From an uncultured Anaerolineales bacterium (lineage in GTDB: Bacteria > Chloroflexota > Anaerolineae > B4-G1 > SLSP01): 43,251 bases of DNA. A program made the translations under genes and the position numbers. The notes beneath the pieces were generated by a model. That model searched no databases, had not been told where the DNA came from, and saw only the letters and a program-made list of their open reading frames with translations. The stretch covers positions 1 to 43,251 of the forward strand of contig CAYLRT010000010.1 in NCBI GenBank assembly GCA_964385885.1, given 5' to 3'. This document shows positions 9,182 to 18,216 of the stretch, in pieces (the stretch's first letter is position 1; each line of letters opens with the position of its first letter).

Positions 9182-9496
9182 ATGATTCCAACACTTCCGG
9201 AGCAGAGCATTCGCATCGTAGCTGCTGATCCGATCACTGTAGGCAAGCACCGCTTGCTTCCCTCCGTTTTGGTCAATGCCACAAAATGGACCATACCACG
9301 CGCAGGGACATTCGGTGCGGTACGGGTGCGTCCCATCTCTATCGTAGTCGAGACCCCAACGGAGACCCAGTGGATGGAGATTCCCAATACGACCAGCAAC
9401 GCCCTGAGCGTCATGGCCTTCGTAGCAGCCGCCATCGCGCTGGTCAGCGTAGTCGCCATCGGGATGACGCAACTCATGCGGAGGAGGGCAGATTAG
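9182..9496 (+). CDS. Small tail-anchored protein with a weakly GerW/YtfJ-like beta domain
   Basis: GAGAGAGGAG lies upstream. Third-codon positions are GC-rich. A C-terminal TM helix (ALSVMAFVAAAIALVSVVAIGM) is followed by RRRAD. The gene ends 4 nt before the next one. Confidence 0.55.
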   Translation: MIPTLPEQSIRIVAADPITVGKHRLLPSVLVNATKWTIPRAGTFGAVRVRPISIVVETPTETQWMEIPNTTSNALSVMAFVAAAIALVSVVAIGMTQLMRRRAD

Positions 9497-9500
9497 ACCA

Positions 9501-9866
9501 ATGGATACACCCGAGACCCTATCCGAGTCCCTGGACGGACTCACAAAGAAAATCGACGTCAACACCACGTTTGGAAAGCCCAGAACCGCAGGCACCCGTA
9601 CCGTGATCCCCGTGGTAGAGCTCAGCTATAAGTTCGACCTGACACAGGATACGCACATCACGGCTTGCCATGCCGAAAGCGAGGACGGGGTAAGCGCCAA
9701 AGCACAACCAATCGCCTACATCGAAATCGATGATGACGGGGTCCGCGTCAAGCCGATTGTCGATGGACAGAAGATTGCATTGGCAGGCATCTTTCTTGCC
9801 GGCTGGGCCGCCGGATGGCTGGGAGTGGTCCTCAAGAGGGTCTTCCACCCCGTAACTGAGAGCTGA
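9501..9866 (+). CDS. GerW/YtfJ-family protein with a C-terminal TM anchor
   Basis: Contains IDVNTTFGKPRTAGTRTVIPVVELSYKF ... PIAYIEIDDDGVRVKPIV, the typical GerW pattern. GGAGGAGGG lies upstream. Its stop overlaps the pgeF ATG (TGATG). Confidence 0.7.
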   Translation: MDTPETLSESLDGLTKKIDVNTTFGKPRTAGTRTVIPVVELSYKFDLTQDTHITACHAESEDGVSAKAQPIAYIEIDDDGVRVKPIVDGQKIALAGIFLAGWAAGWLGVVLKRVFHPVTES

Positions 9867-10663
9867 TGGGCTTCTCCCGGGTCCCCGAAAGGGAAAGCGG
9901 TCCGATCTGGTATCACTTCGACAGCCTGCGGCCTGAGGTGACACGTGAGTTCCTCCACGCCGTCTTCACCCGCCGTGGAGGCGTCAGCAGCGGTCCCTTC
10001 TCATCGCTCAACCTGGGAGGCAGCGTTGGCGATGACCCCGAGGCCGTCTCCGAGAACCACCATCGTATCTATACGGCACTCGGATTACGAGCGTCACAGG
10101 TGGTCAGCCCCTACCAGGTCCATGGCGCCCGCGTTGGGATCGTGGGCCGGCACGACGGTGGGCACATCATTCCAGATACCGATGCCCTGATCACGGCAGA
10201 GGTGGGCGTTGCCCTCTTGTTGCGCTTTGCTGACTGCGTTCCCATTCTCATGGTCGACCCACGCCATCACGTCGTGGCATTGGCCCACGCCGGTTGGCGT
10301 GGGCTTGTGGCGGGGGTGATCCCGGCCACAGTGGCTGCCTTGACAAAGCACTTCAGCTCTCGGCCCCCTGACCTGTGGGCGGGCATTGGCCCTGCTATCG
10401 GGCGTGATCACTACATCGTCGGCCCAGATGTCGCCGCAGCGGTCCAGCGCACGTTGCCCCCCAGCGTGAAGGTCGCTACTCAACAGAAGGGTCAGTGGCA
10501 TCTAGACCTCGCCGCTGCCGCCCGAGAGCAGCTCCGAATGTCAGGGGTTACTGACATCAGCGAGTCCAACATGTGCACGGCCTGTCACACCGAGGAATGG
10601 TACTCCCACCGTGCCGAGCATGGCAGGACAGGGCGATTTGGTGTGTTGGCTATGGTCACCTAG
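9866..10663 (+). CDS. pgeF: Peptidoglycan editing factor / YfiH-family (laccase-domain) protein
   Basis: Contains QVHGARV, DALIT, ADCVPILMVD, HAGWRG and CTACHTEEWYSHR, which are the YfiH/PgeF signature residues. Confidence 0.9.
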   Translation: MGFSRVPERESGPIWYHFDSLRPEVTREFLHAVFTRRGGVSSGPFSSLNLGGSVGDDPEAVSENHHRIYTALGLRASQVVSPYQVHGARVGIVGRHDGGHIIPDTDALITAEVGVALLLRFADCVPILMVDPRHHVVALAHAGWRGLVAGVIPATVAALTKHFSSRPPDLWAGIGPAIGRDHYIVGPDVAAAVQRTLPPSVKVATQQKGQWHLDLAAAAREQLRMSGVTDISESNMCTACHTEEWYSHRAEHGRTGRFGVLAMVT

Positions 10664-10676
10664 CTCGACCGGGATC

Positions 10677-12329
10677 TCACTCGATCTCGAACTCGAACCC
10701 GGCAATGGTCAGCCGAAGGACTGCTTCTGGCTGCCTGGGGGCCTCGAACTGCAGCTCAAACTGCTGCACCGTCGCAGGTTGGACACGCCAGGGCAGAAGA
10801 GGAGTCGCTGCCACAAGGGCATATTCCTGACCAGGTGAAGTCAGTTTCACCTGATCGCGCTCAATCCCGACCAACGAGTCTCCATTGTTGGTCACCTGTC
10901 CCGAGAGCACAACGACAGCACGCGCTGGATCCCAGAACGCATCGAGGAGCATGACCTCTGGCAACGGCTCCGCTGGCGCGGGCGACGTGAGATCCAGGAC
11001 TACCCGCATATCATCTGGGAGCGAAGGATCCGGGCGGAAGACCCAGATCAAGGGGAAACGCGCCGTGGCAGGGATGACGTAACCCGCGCTCCCACGAGCC
11101 GTCTCTCCAGGAGAGAGAGCAACCTCCAACTTACCATACGTGCCCAATGCGGTGGCAGTCTCATTGAGGATGTAACGATACCCGTCGCTGTCCTCAAGTG
11201 CCAGATCGAAAGCCAGGGGTTGCAAGACCGAACTTGTCGTATTCGTCACCTGGTAGTCAACCACGACATACCACGAGTCGACCTCCAGGGGACGCACGTC
11301 CTCCACGATCTCGCTTCCAAGAACCCGCACGGCAACGCCAGCGATCGTGGTCTCTCCTGGCTTGCTTCCCGCCTCGGGCAAGTAGCGGGCATGTACCAGC
11401 AGTCGTGTGGATTCCTCGCCCCCAAGCACTGCCAACGTCATGCCTGGGCGATCCTGGGCCATTGGCGAGACGTCGGACGGATCGATCCTCACGACCTCGG
11501 GCAACCCGAAAATGAGCTTCGTGCCTGAGTCCAGGGTAAGGGTCAGGCGATCCTGGGAAGACAGGCCAGAGAGTGCAGCCAGGGTCCCGGGGTTGTAAGG
11601 CAGACCTATGACGTAATTGACGACCGTGCCATGGATCCACACCGCCAGGTTCTCATCTTGGGCCGGCACAGGCCAATGCCCCTCCTCCGGTATCACCGCT
11701 GCTACGGGATAGACCAGACCTGCGACCTCTAATTGCGAAGGAGAGGCAACACGCAGGGGAACCCCATCATCCTCCAACACGATCTGGGACTCGGGAGCCA
11801 CAAGCGGAGACGTGAAGGTGGTCACCTTACTGACCGTAACGGCCTCAGCGCCCCCTGATGGGTGAGGCTGCCGCAGGGACAGGAAAGCCCCAACAGCAAC
11901 AGCGGCAACAATACAGATGCCCAACACGATCAACAGCACAGCCCACGGCGGCGGCGCGGGTCGTCTTCCTCTCTCCTGAGGGGACTTGCTCGGAGGAACA
12001 CCCACGGTGCTCGTTTCGCCGGGTGTTTCCTCCCCTCGCTCCTGGGCAGTCACCACGTGGGGCATGGCCGATGCCTCTCCTGACTCAGATGCTTCCCGCT
12101 GCGCCACTGAGACAAAGTAGTCATAAGCCTTGCGCTTGGTCGCATCCGCCAGGATCTCATAGGCTTCATTGATCTCCAGGAAACGGGCTTCTGCCTCGGG
12201 GCTTGAATTGAGGTCCGGGTGGAAGGCACGGGCTCGCTCTCGATACGCCACCCTGATCTCGGCCAGCGTAGCGGTCGGAGAGACCCCCAGAATCGCGTAG
12301 TAATCCTTGACCTGCCTACTACCCGTCAT
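10677..12329 (-). CDS. Membrane-anchored J-domain protein with an extracytoplasmic sortase-like (apparently inactive) domain and two DUF4352-like Ig domains
   Basis: J domain: DYYAILGV...HPDLN. TM helix: WAVLLIVLGICIVAAVAVGAFL. ATG 12329 lies behind GGAG. See the findings for the sortase-like domain. Confidence 0.85.
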   Translation of the reverse strand: MTGSRQVKDYYAILGVSPTATLAEIRVAYRERARAFHPDLNSSPEAEARFLEINEAYEILADATKRKAYDYFVSVAQREASESGEASAMPHVVTAQERGEETPGETSTVGVPPSKSPQERGRRPAPPPWAVLLIVLGICIVAAVAVGAFLSLRQPHPSGGAEAVTVSKVTTFTSPLVAPESQIVLEDDGVPLRVASPSQLEVAGLVYPVAAVIPEEGHWPVPAQDENLAVWIHGTVVNYVIGLPYNPGTLAALSGLSSQDRLTLTLDSGTKLIFGLPEVVRIDPSDVSPMAQDRPGMTLAVLGGEESTRLLVHARYLPEAGSKPGETTIAGVAVRVLGSEIVEDVRPLEVDSWYVVVDYQVTNTTSSVLQPLAFDLALEDSDGYRYILNETATALGTYGKLEVALSPGETARGSAGYVIPATARFPLIWVFRPDPSLPDDMRVVLDLTSPAPAEPLPEVMLLDAFWDPARAVVVLSGQVTNNGDSLVGIERDQVKLTSPGQEYALVAATPLLPWRVQPATVQQFELQFEAPRQPEAVLRLTIAGFEFEIE

Positions 12330-12355
12330 CACCACTCCACATGCGTGTCGTCATC

Positions 12356-13900
12356 CTATGGGATTGCGCTCGGCAACTGAACCGGAAGGATCCGGATCTT
12401 GATCTCCGGACGGGATGCATCCACTAGTCGATCTACGCCCAGTAGGGGGATCACCACACGTACCGATCCCACAGTTGGCACAGTAAAAGATAGCTGACCC
12501 TGATTGTCTGTATATCCCTGAGCCAGCTCCTGCCGGCCATCTGACGAAAGTACCCAGACGAACATACCAGGCACACCTTCCCCTGCCCCCATTTGTCCAT
12601 CGTTCACCTGATCATAGAACACCACCACGCGGAAGGTGCGGAATCCTCCCGGGGTAGGTTTGACCTCAGCACGTTCGGGGCGTCGCACCAACCGAAACGT
12701 CAGCGTAGTCGCCTGGCCCGCTGGTGTGGGCGTCGGGGTAGCCGACGGCTCGGGAGGTACTGGCGTGGCCCCTTTGTCAACGGGCGTCGAAACTGGGGGC
12801 GACGGTGTCGTGCCCGCGGCCGGTGTCAGAGTACAGGTCAACGTGTAATCGCTGTTGACCGTGTCCTCTGGTGCCATCCTGTTACCCTGTCCGACCAGGA
12901 GATAGACATATCCCTCAAACGTAGCGTAGTACGAGATCCGGCTGTTGAAGTTCCCGAGGGAGATGTCATCGTTCGCTGTGACGAAATACTGTTTACCCGG
13001 ACCGCTATAGAGTTCGATCCGAGGATCGACCCCTGGATCCAGATCAGACGTCTCACAGACCAGCCGGAGGCCAGGCTTAACCCGAATCTTCAGGAAATCG
13101 TTATCCACCTCCGCCCCGCCCCACGGCACGAAGTTCATCGCATAGCTGACGCCCGGCGCAATCGTTGTTGCCAACTCCCAGGTATAGTTTGGCTCATAGG
13201 GGTCAAAGCCTGATCTCCACGTAGGTTGAGGCGTAGGGGCTGGAGACTCAGGGGTTGGGGTAGCCGTCGGCGTTGCCGTCGGGGTGGGCGTCACTGCACT
13301 CAAATTCAGGCTGTAGGTATGGCCAGTGCACTGCTCACTGATCTGGAAGACCTTGAAAAAGTAGGGGCCGTAACTATCTGCCACGAAAGAGACACTGGCG
13401 AGGTTGTCGGCCGTATTGGTGTCGGTGATGATGGGGACTTTGGCACTGTCATAGACAATGATGCCCAGATTGTAGTTGATGGTCCAGTCTGGTTTGGCCT
13501 GTACCGTGTACCGCGTGCCGGGCGAGGCGTTGTCAAGCCGATAGTAGTCAGAGAAGGGAGGAACCCAATCGCCTTCGTTCCCAACCACCAACGCCTGCTC
13601 GGTATAATTCGCAATGGTAGCGGCCGTCTCCAGGGTGTGGTTGTTCAGAGGTGGCTTATCCGTCGTCGTCACCTCCAGCGAACACGTAATCGCTTGAGCG
13701 GCATAGAGCCATGAGGTACGTTCGAACGCCCGAAATATCCCTGGCCTCTCTTCCTGCGGCAGAACACCGTGGGCCACAACGGCCCTGGCCCCGTATCCCA
13801 CGGATCCCCACGACACGAGCAGGAGCCAAAAAGCAAGCACCAAGGCCACACCGCTCAACACCGAGAGGCCAGCCATGGAGCGTCTACCACGTCTGCGCAT
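12356..13900 (-). CDS. Secreted or membrane-anchored modular protein: two PPC-like beta domains, Pro/Thr linkers and a carboxypeptidase-regulatory-like C-domain
   Basis: Has an N-terminal signal/anchor with AGGTGA upstream of the ATG at 13900. The domain calls are tentative, based on a pattern such as YRLDNASPGTRYTVQA. Confidence 0.7.
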   Translation of the reverse strand: MRRRGRRSMAGLSVLSGVALVLAFWLLLVSWGSVGYGARAVVAHGVLPQEERPGIFRAFERTSWLYAAQAITCSLEVTTTDKPPLNNHTLETAATIANYTEQALVVGNEGDWVPPFSDYYRLDNASPGTRYTVQAKPDWTINYNLGIIVYDSAKVPIITDTNTADNLASVSFVADSYGPYFFKVFQISEQCTGHTYSLNLSAVTPTPTATPTATPTPESPAPTPQPTWRSGFDPYEPNYTWELATTIAPGVSYAMNFVPWGGAEVDNDFLKIRVKPGLRLVCETSDLDPGVDPRIELYSGPGKQYFVTANDDISLGNFNSRISYYATFEGYVYLLVGQGNRMAPEDTVNSDYTLTCTLTPAAGTTPSPPVSTPVDKGATPVPPEPSATPTPTPAGQATTLTFRLVRRPERAEVKPTPGGFRTFRVVVFYDQVNDGQMGAGEGVPGMFVWVLSSDGRQELAQGYTDNQGQLSFTVPTVGSVRVVIPLLGVDRLVDASRPEIKIRILPVQLPSAIP

Positions 13901-13940
13901 TATTCACCTGATCTGGTCTCAATCAGCCTCTCGAAAGACC

Positions 13941-16127
13941 TCAATGATCGGGTAGTGGCTCCATAGGAGCCATACTACTCACCAGAGTCTTGACACCGAC
14001 GCCATTGCCAAAGAGGACCGTCACCATCTCATCCCGGCCCTCCAACGCGCTCTCAATAACGATCCCGTCCCCATAATAGGCATGATGCACACGCTGTCCA
14101 GCGCGATAACGCTGTACAGCCTTGACCTTTTTCTCGGCAGATGAACCCGGCGAACCACCCCAAGACTGCGCTTTCCAGCGCGGGCGTGAAAACGATGCGC
14201 TGCCAGCAGGGCGCGACAGAACTTCATCAGGGATGTCCTCCAGAAACCTGGAGGGTACAGAAGGTTCTCCGTCCCCGTAGGCGCGCCAGCCCCTGCGAAA
14301 GGCATAGGTGAGGACCAGGCGTTCCTTGGCGCGAGTCATGCCCACATAGAGCAAGCGACGCTCCTCAGCGACCTGGGAAGGCGATTCCATCGACCGGCTG
14401 TGGGGCAACACACCTTCCTCCAACCCGGTAAGGAAAACTATCGGATATTCCAGTCCCTTGGCGCTGTGCAGTGTAAGCAATGTGACCGCATCCACCTCGT
14501 CGGACAACATATCCACATCAGCTACCAACGCGACATCTTCCAGGAAATCGGACAACTGAATCAAGGGAGACTCAGCGACGACTGCGCGCAGAGCCAGGAT
14601 GTTCTCCCAACGGGCTTCTCCCTGCTCGCTCCCGTCCCTGGTGTATGATTCATAGCCTGTATCCGCGAGCACCTGATCGATAAGTTGAACGACGCTCAGC
14701 TCCTCACGCAGGCGGATCCAGTTCTGGAGCATCACTGCAAAGGCTGTCAGGCTCCTCGATGTCCGGCCAGTCAGCCCCCCTTGTGCAGTAAGGGACAACA
14801 AGGCCCTCGAGAGGCTGCTCCTCTCACGTTGGGCTTCTTCACTGAGTAGAGCCAGCGTGCGCCGCCCTATGCCGCGAGGCGGGACATTCACGATACGGGA
14901 GAAGCTGACGTCATCGTCAGGGTTTTGAATCACCCGAAGATAGGCCAGAACGTCCTTGATCTCCTTCCTGGCATAGAAGCGCGTCGCACCAATGAGGCGA
15001 TAGGGAATATTGTAACGAATCAGGCTCTCCTCGAGCGCGCGGGATTGGGCGTTCGTACGGTACATGATCGCGATATCTCCCGGAGCATAACCAGTCCGCA
15101 AAAGGCGCCCGATCTCCTTCGCCACGTAGTCCGCCTCTTCGCGCTCGTCGTATGCCTCGCGTAACACGATCGGAGTGCCGCCGCGCCGTGTGGTGAACAG
15201 TCGCTTTGGTGTACGATCAGCATTGCGTGCGATCACGGCTTGCGCCCCGTCCAGGATAACCTGCGTGGAGCGATAGTTCTGCTCCAAGAGAAACTCCTGC
15301 AGCTCAGGGAAATCCTGTCGGAGGCGGGATATGTTTCGATAGTCCGCCCCACGCCACGAGTAGATCGATTGATCTTCATCAGCCACGACGTACAGGCTGC
15401 GGTGTTCACGCGCCAACAGACGCAAAATCACATATTGCGCCATGTTGGTGTCCTGAAACTCATCGACCAGGACATGCTCGAATCGTTCGCGATAGTAGGT
15501 GAGCACAGAGGGCTCAGACTGGAAGAGCATCGCTGTCTCCATCAAGAGATCATCGAAATCCAATCCACCATTTCGACGGAGGACCTCCTGATATTGCTCA
15601 TAGACCCGCGCCACAATCTCGTCATGATAGGTCCGGATCGGGTAGTCAGTGGCCCGAATCAGCTCATTCTTCGCACTGGAGACTGCGTTCAGCAGCGCAT
15701 GCGGCCGATACCGTTTCTCATCGAGCCCCATCTCTCCGACTACCTGCTTCATCACAGCAAGTTGATCATCGGTGTCGAAGATCGAATAGCTGCTGGATAG
15801 CCCCAGCCTGTCCGCCTCACGTCGGAGAATGCGGGCACACGTCGCATGGAACGTCCCCAAGGTCAATGCACGCGCTGACTCATCGCCCAGCAGGTGTTCG
15901 AGGCGGTGACGCATCTCTCGCGCCGCCTTGTTGGTAAACGTGACGGCCAGGATATGCCAGGGTGGAATCTGCAACTCGCCAAGCATCCAAGCCACCCGAT
16001 GCGTGAGCACCCGGGTCTTCCCTGAGCCGGGGCCTGCCAGGACCAGAACAGGTCCCACAGAGGTTGTCACAGCCGCACGCTGCTGAGCATTGAGCCCTTG
16101 GAGAAGTGGATGGTCATCTGGGTTCAT
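13941..16127 (-). CDS. pcrA: ATP-dependent DNA helicase PcrA/UvrD
   Basis: Shows LNAQQRAAV, the Walker A motif AGPGSGKTRVLTHR, DEFQDT, and a C-terminal Tudor-like tail. The track ORF begins at GTG 16166. I prefer ATG 16127 (MNPDDHPLLQGLN) because a promoter-like element lies inside the longer version. Confidence 0.92.
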   Translation of the reverse strand: MNPDDHPLLQGLNAQQRAAVTTSVGPVLVLAGPGSGKTRVLTHRVAWMLGELQIPPWHILAVTFTNKAAREMRHRLEHLLGDESARALTLGTFHATCARILRREADRLGLSSSYSIFDTDDQLAVMKQVVGEMGLDEKRYRPHALLNAVSSAKNELIRATDYPIRTYHDEIVARVYEQYQEVLRRNGGLDFDDLLMETAMLFQSEPSVLTYYRERFEHVLVDEFQDTNMAQYVILRLLAREHRSLYVVADEDQSIYSWRGADYRNISRLRQDFPELQEFLLEQNYRSTQVILDGAQAVIARNADRTPKRLFTTRRGGTPIVLREAYDEREEADYVAKEIGRLLRTGYAPGDIAIMYRTNAQSRALEESLIRYNIPYRLIGATRFYARKEIKDVLAYLRVIQNPDDDVSFSRIVNVPPRGIGRRTLALLSEEAQRERSSLSRALLSLTAQGGLTGRTSRSLTAFAVMLQNWIRLREELSVVQLIDQVLADTGYESYTRDGSEQGEARWENILALRAVVAESPLIQLSDFLEDVALVADVDMLSDEVDAVTLLTLHSAKGLEYPIVFLTGLEEGVLPHSRSMESPSQVAEERRLLYVGMTRAKERLVLTYAFRRGWRAYGDGEPSVPSRFLEDIPDEVLSRPAGSASFSRPRWKAQSWGGSPGSSAEKKVKAVQRYRAGQRVHHAYYGDGIVIESALEGRDEMVTVLFGNGVGVKTLVSSMAPMEPLPDH

Positions 16128-16134
16128 ACCATGC

Positions 16135-16162
16135 ATTGTAACATGGGGGATACCTTGAGCAA
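16135..16162 (-). promoter_or_regulatory. Promoter candidate TTGCTC-N16-TACAAT, placed 7 nt upstream of the pcrA ATG (leaderless candidate)
   Basis: TACAAT is the complement of 16135-16140 and TTGCTC is the complement of 16157-16162. There is no SD before ATG 16127. Confidence 0.3.
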
Positions 16163-16323
16163 CCACCGACGGGCGCAGAACCCTTCACAGGTCTCCCAAC
16201 GCGGCGCTCATGCGGTGTCGCGAAGACCTGGCCCTCTCGTCCATCTCGCCTACCAGGTTCGACTGTGATAAGCTAAGGAGGAACAGCGATTAGGAGCGTC
16301 TGTACAATGAGGGCAGCAACCTG

Positions 16324-17988
16324 TTAGTGGCGTCTGATGACGGACCAGACAAACCACGCACCCAACAGGAGAGCGGTCAAGAAACTGATACCCACGACCG
16401 CCTGGACAACCCAACTGGCGGCCGACACCGTCGGGATCAACCACGCCAGGCCAATGATCATACCCGCAATAATCATGCTCAGCGCCAAACGCGTGGCGAG
16501 CCGATCCAGATAGGCCAGGCTCTCCTGCTCCAACGCCAGGCGCATAGGCTCACGTTTCTCCAGCCGGTCGATCAGCAGCCGTCCCGCATAAGGAAGTTCG
16601 TCCAAGAGATCTGTCCAGGCAAGGCCCCGCCGCAGGGCCTCAGATCCCCACGTACGCTTCGGCAATACCGCCTGAACCATCAAGCGTGTCACATAAGGCC
16701 GAGAGAACTCAAAGATGTCAAAGCCGGGTGAGAGCCTCAGCCCGATACCCTCCATCATGGACAGCGTCTTGGTAAGCAACCAGAGGTCAGTAGGGAAACG
16801 CAGACGGTATTCGAAGGCGAGGGGCCTGATCTGCGCCATGAGCTCCTGCATCCGGATCTCCTGCAGGGGCATTCCTTCGTAGCGATGAAGCAAGCGCGCA
16901 ATATCCCGAGTCAGGCCTTGCCGATCCACATCAGGGGGAGCCGCTCCAATATGGATCAAGTCATCGGCCACACCCTTCGCGTTCATCTGAACCGCGGCGG
17001 TGTAGAGACGGATGAGGTTCACCCGGTCCGCCTGGCTCAGGAAACCTACAATACCGAAATCCATTGCACCGATGACCTCGCCCTCCATCACGACGAAATT
17101 TCCAGGATGGGGATCCGCATGGAAGAAACCATCCAGGAGCACCTCTTGAATAATCATCCGTGCAGCGTTGCGTGCTATCTTATCGCGGTCAAACCCGGCC
17201 TGATCGAGGGTCTCAATGTCGTCGATCTTGATACCCTCAATGTACTCCATCACCAGGAGGCGCCTGCTCGTATATGCCCAGTAAACCCGTGGAATGTGGA
17301 TCGCCGGCTCGTTCCGAAAATTCTCACGAAAACGATCAGCATTGCGCCCCTCCACACGGTAGTCAAGCTCATTATTCAATGTATCCGCGAAATCATCGGC
17401 GATACCCACCAGATCGTAAAGCCGCCCTAAGGGGGTGCGATTCTGAACGTAGCGCGCGATGTCATGGATGATCTCCAGGTCAGTCTTGAGAGTGCGGAGA
17501 ATATGTGGACGCTGCACTTTTAGGACCACCCGCTCTCGGGTCACCAGCCGCGCCGTGTGTACCTGAGCCAACGAGGCCGAAGCTAGTGGCACGGTGTGGA
17601 TCTCCTCGAACACTTCACTGAGAGGACGGTCCAGTTCTTCCCGGATCACGGGCTCGATTACATCCCAAGGGAGAGGCTGAACTTTGTCCTGCAGATTGGA
17701 CAACTCCTCAATATAGCTCGGCGGCAACACATCGGGGCGCGTACTCAATATCTGCCCCAGTTTGACAAAGGTGGGCCCTAACTCTTCCAGGGCGCAGCGG
17801 AAATGATAGGGCAAAGAGGCTGGCTCCTGCCTGGGAAATGGGTGGAGTTCACGAAGCCACAGCGGCTCAGCCGGCAAGTGTGAGAGGGCAAAGCCAAAGC
17901 CATGTCGGGTGAACACGGACAGGATCTCCCGATACCGCTGCAGGTGACGCACGGGACGGGAAAAGACTGGAATGGTACCCGCTGTCAT
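16324..17988 (-). CDS. ABC1/UbiB-family atypical kinase (paralogue 1), with two C-terminal TM helices
   Basis: Contains LEELGPTFVKLGQILSTRPD, ASLAQVH, VLKVQRP and FHADPHPGN. Confidence 0.9.
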   Translation of the reverse strand: MTAGTIPVFSRPVRHLQRYREILSVFTRHGFGFALSHLPAEPLWLRELHPFPRQEPASLPYHFRCALEELGPTFVKLGQILSTRPDVLPPSYIEELSNLQDKVQPLPWDVIEPVIREELDRPLSEVFEEIHTVPLASASLAQVHTARLVTRERVVLKVQRPHILRTLKTDLEIIHDIARYVQNRTPLGRLYDLVGIADDFADTLNNELDYRVEGRNADRFRENFRNEPAIHIPRVYWAYTSRRLLVMEYIEGIKIDDIETLDQAGFDRDKIARNAARMIIQEVLLDGFFHADPHPGNFVVMEGEVIGAMDFGIVGFLSQADRVNLIRLYTAAVQMNAKGVADDLIHIGAAPPDVDRQGLTRDIARLLHRYEGMPLQEIRMQELMAQIRPLAFEYRLRFPTDLWLLTKTLSMMEGIGLRLSPGFDIFEFSRPYVTRLMVQAVLPKRTWGSEALRRGLAWTDLLDELPYAGRLLIDRLEKREPMRLALEQESLAYLDRLATRLALSMIIAGMIIGLAWLIPTVSAASWVVQAVVGISFLTALLLGAWFVWSVIRRH

Positions 17989-18151
17989 TGCTGCATCCTT
18001 CCTACTTGCCTCCTCTGGTGAAGCACACTACCACGGCCCAGGATCACGCAGCCCGTCATGCGCCAGACCTCATCCCCCATGTATGAATACGAACGCGAGA
18101 GGATGACTCAGGCAACCGACTACGTAGCGAGAACTCGTTCAGTGCAGGGGT

Positions 18152-18179
18152 ATTGTGGGGCACATTGCACGCAGGTCAA
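18152..18179 (-). promoter_or_regulatory. Promoter candidate TTGACC-N16-CACAAT upstream of ABC1 kinase 1
   Basis: The hexamers were read on the minus strand within the 228-nt intergenic region. Confidence 0.3.
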
Positions 18180-18216
18180 ATGTGATAGTGATACTTTGTT
18201 GCAGGCTACCCATGTT

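Noticed and set aside
9011-9595. 194-aa minus-strand ORF across the two small GerW-like genes
   Set aside because: It has no RBS. It is antisense to two plus-strand ORFs that have SD sequences, TM anchors and translational coupling to pgeF.
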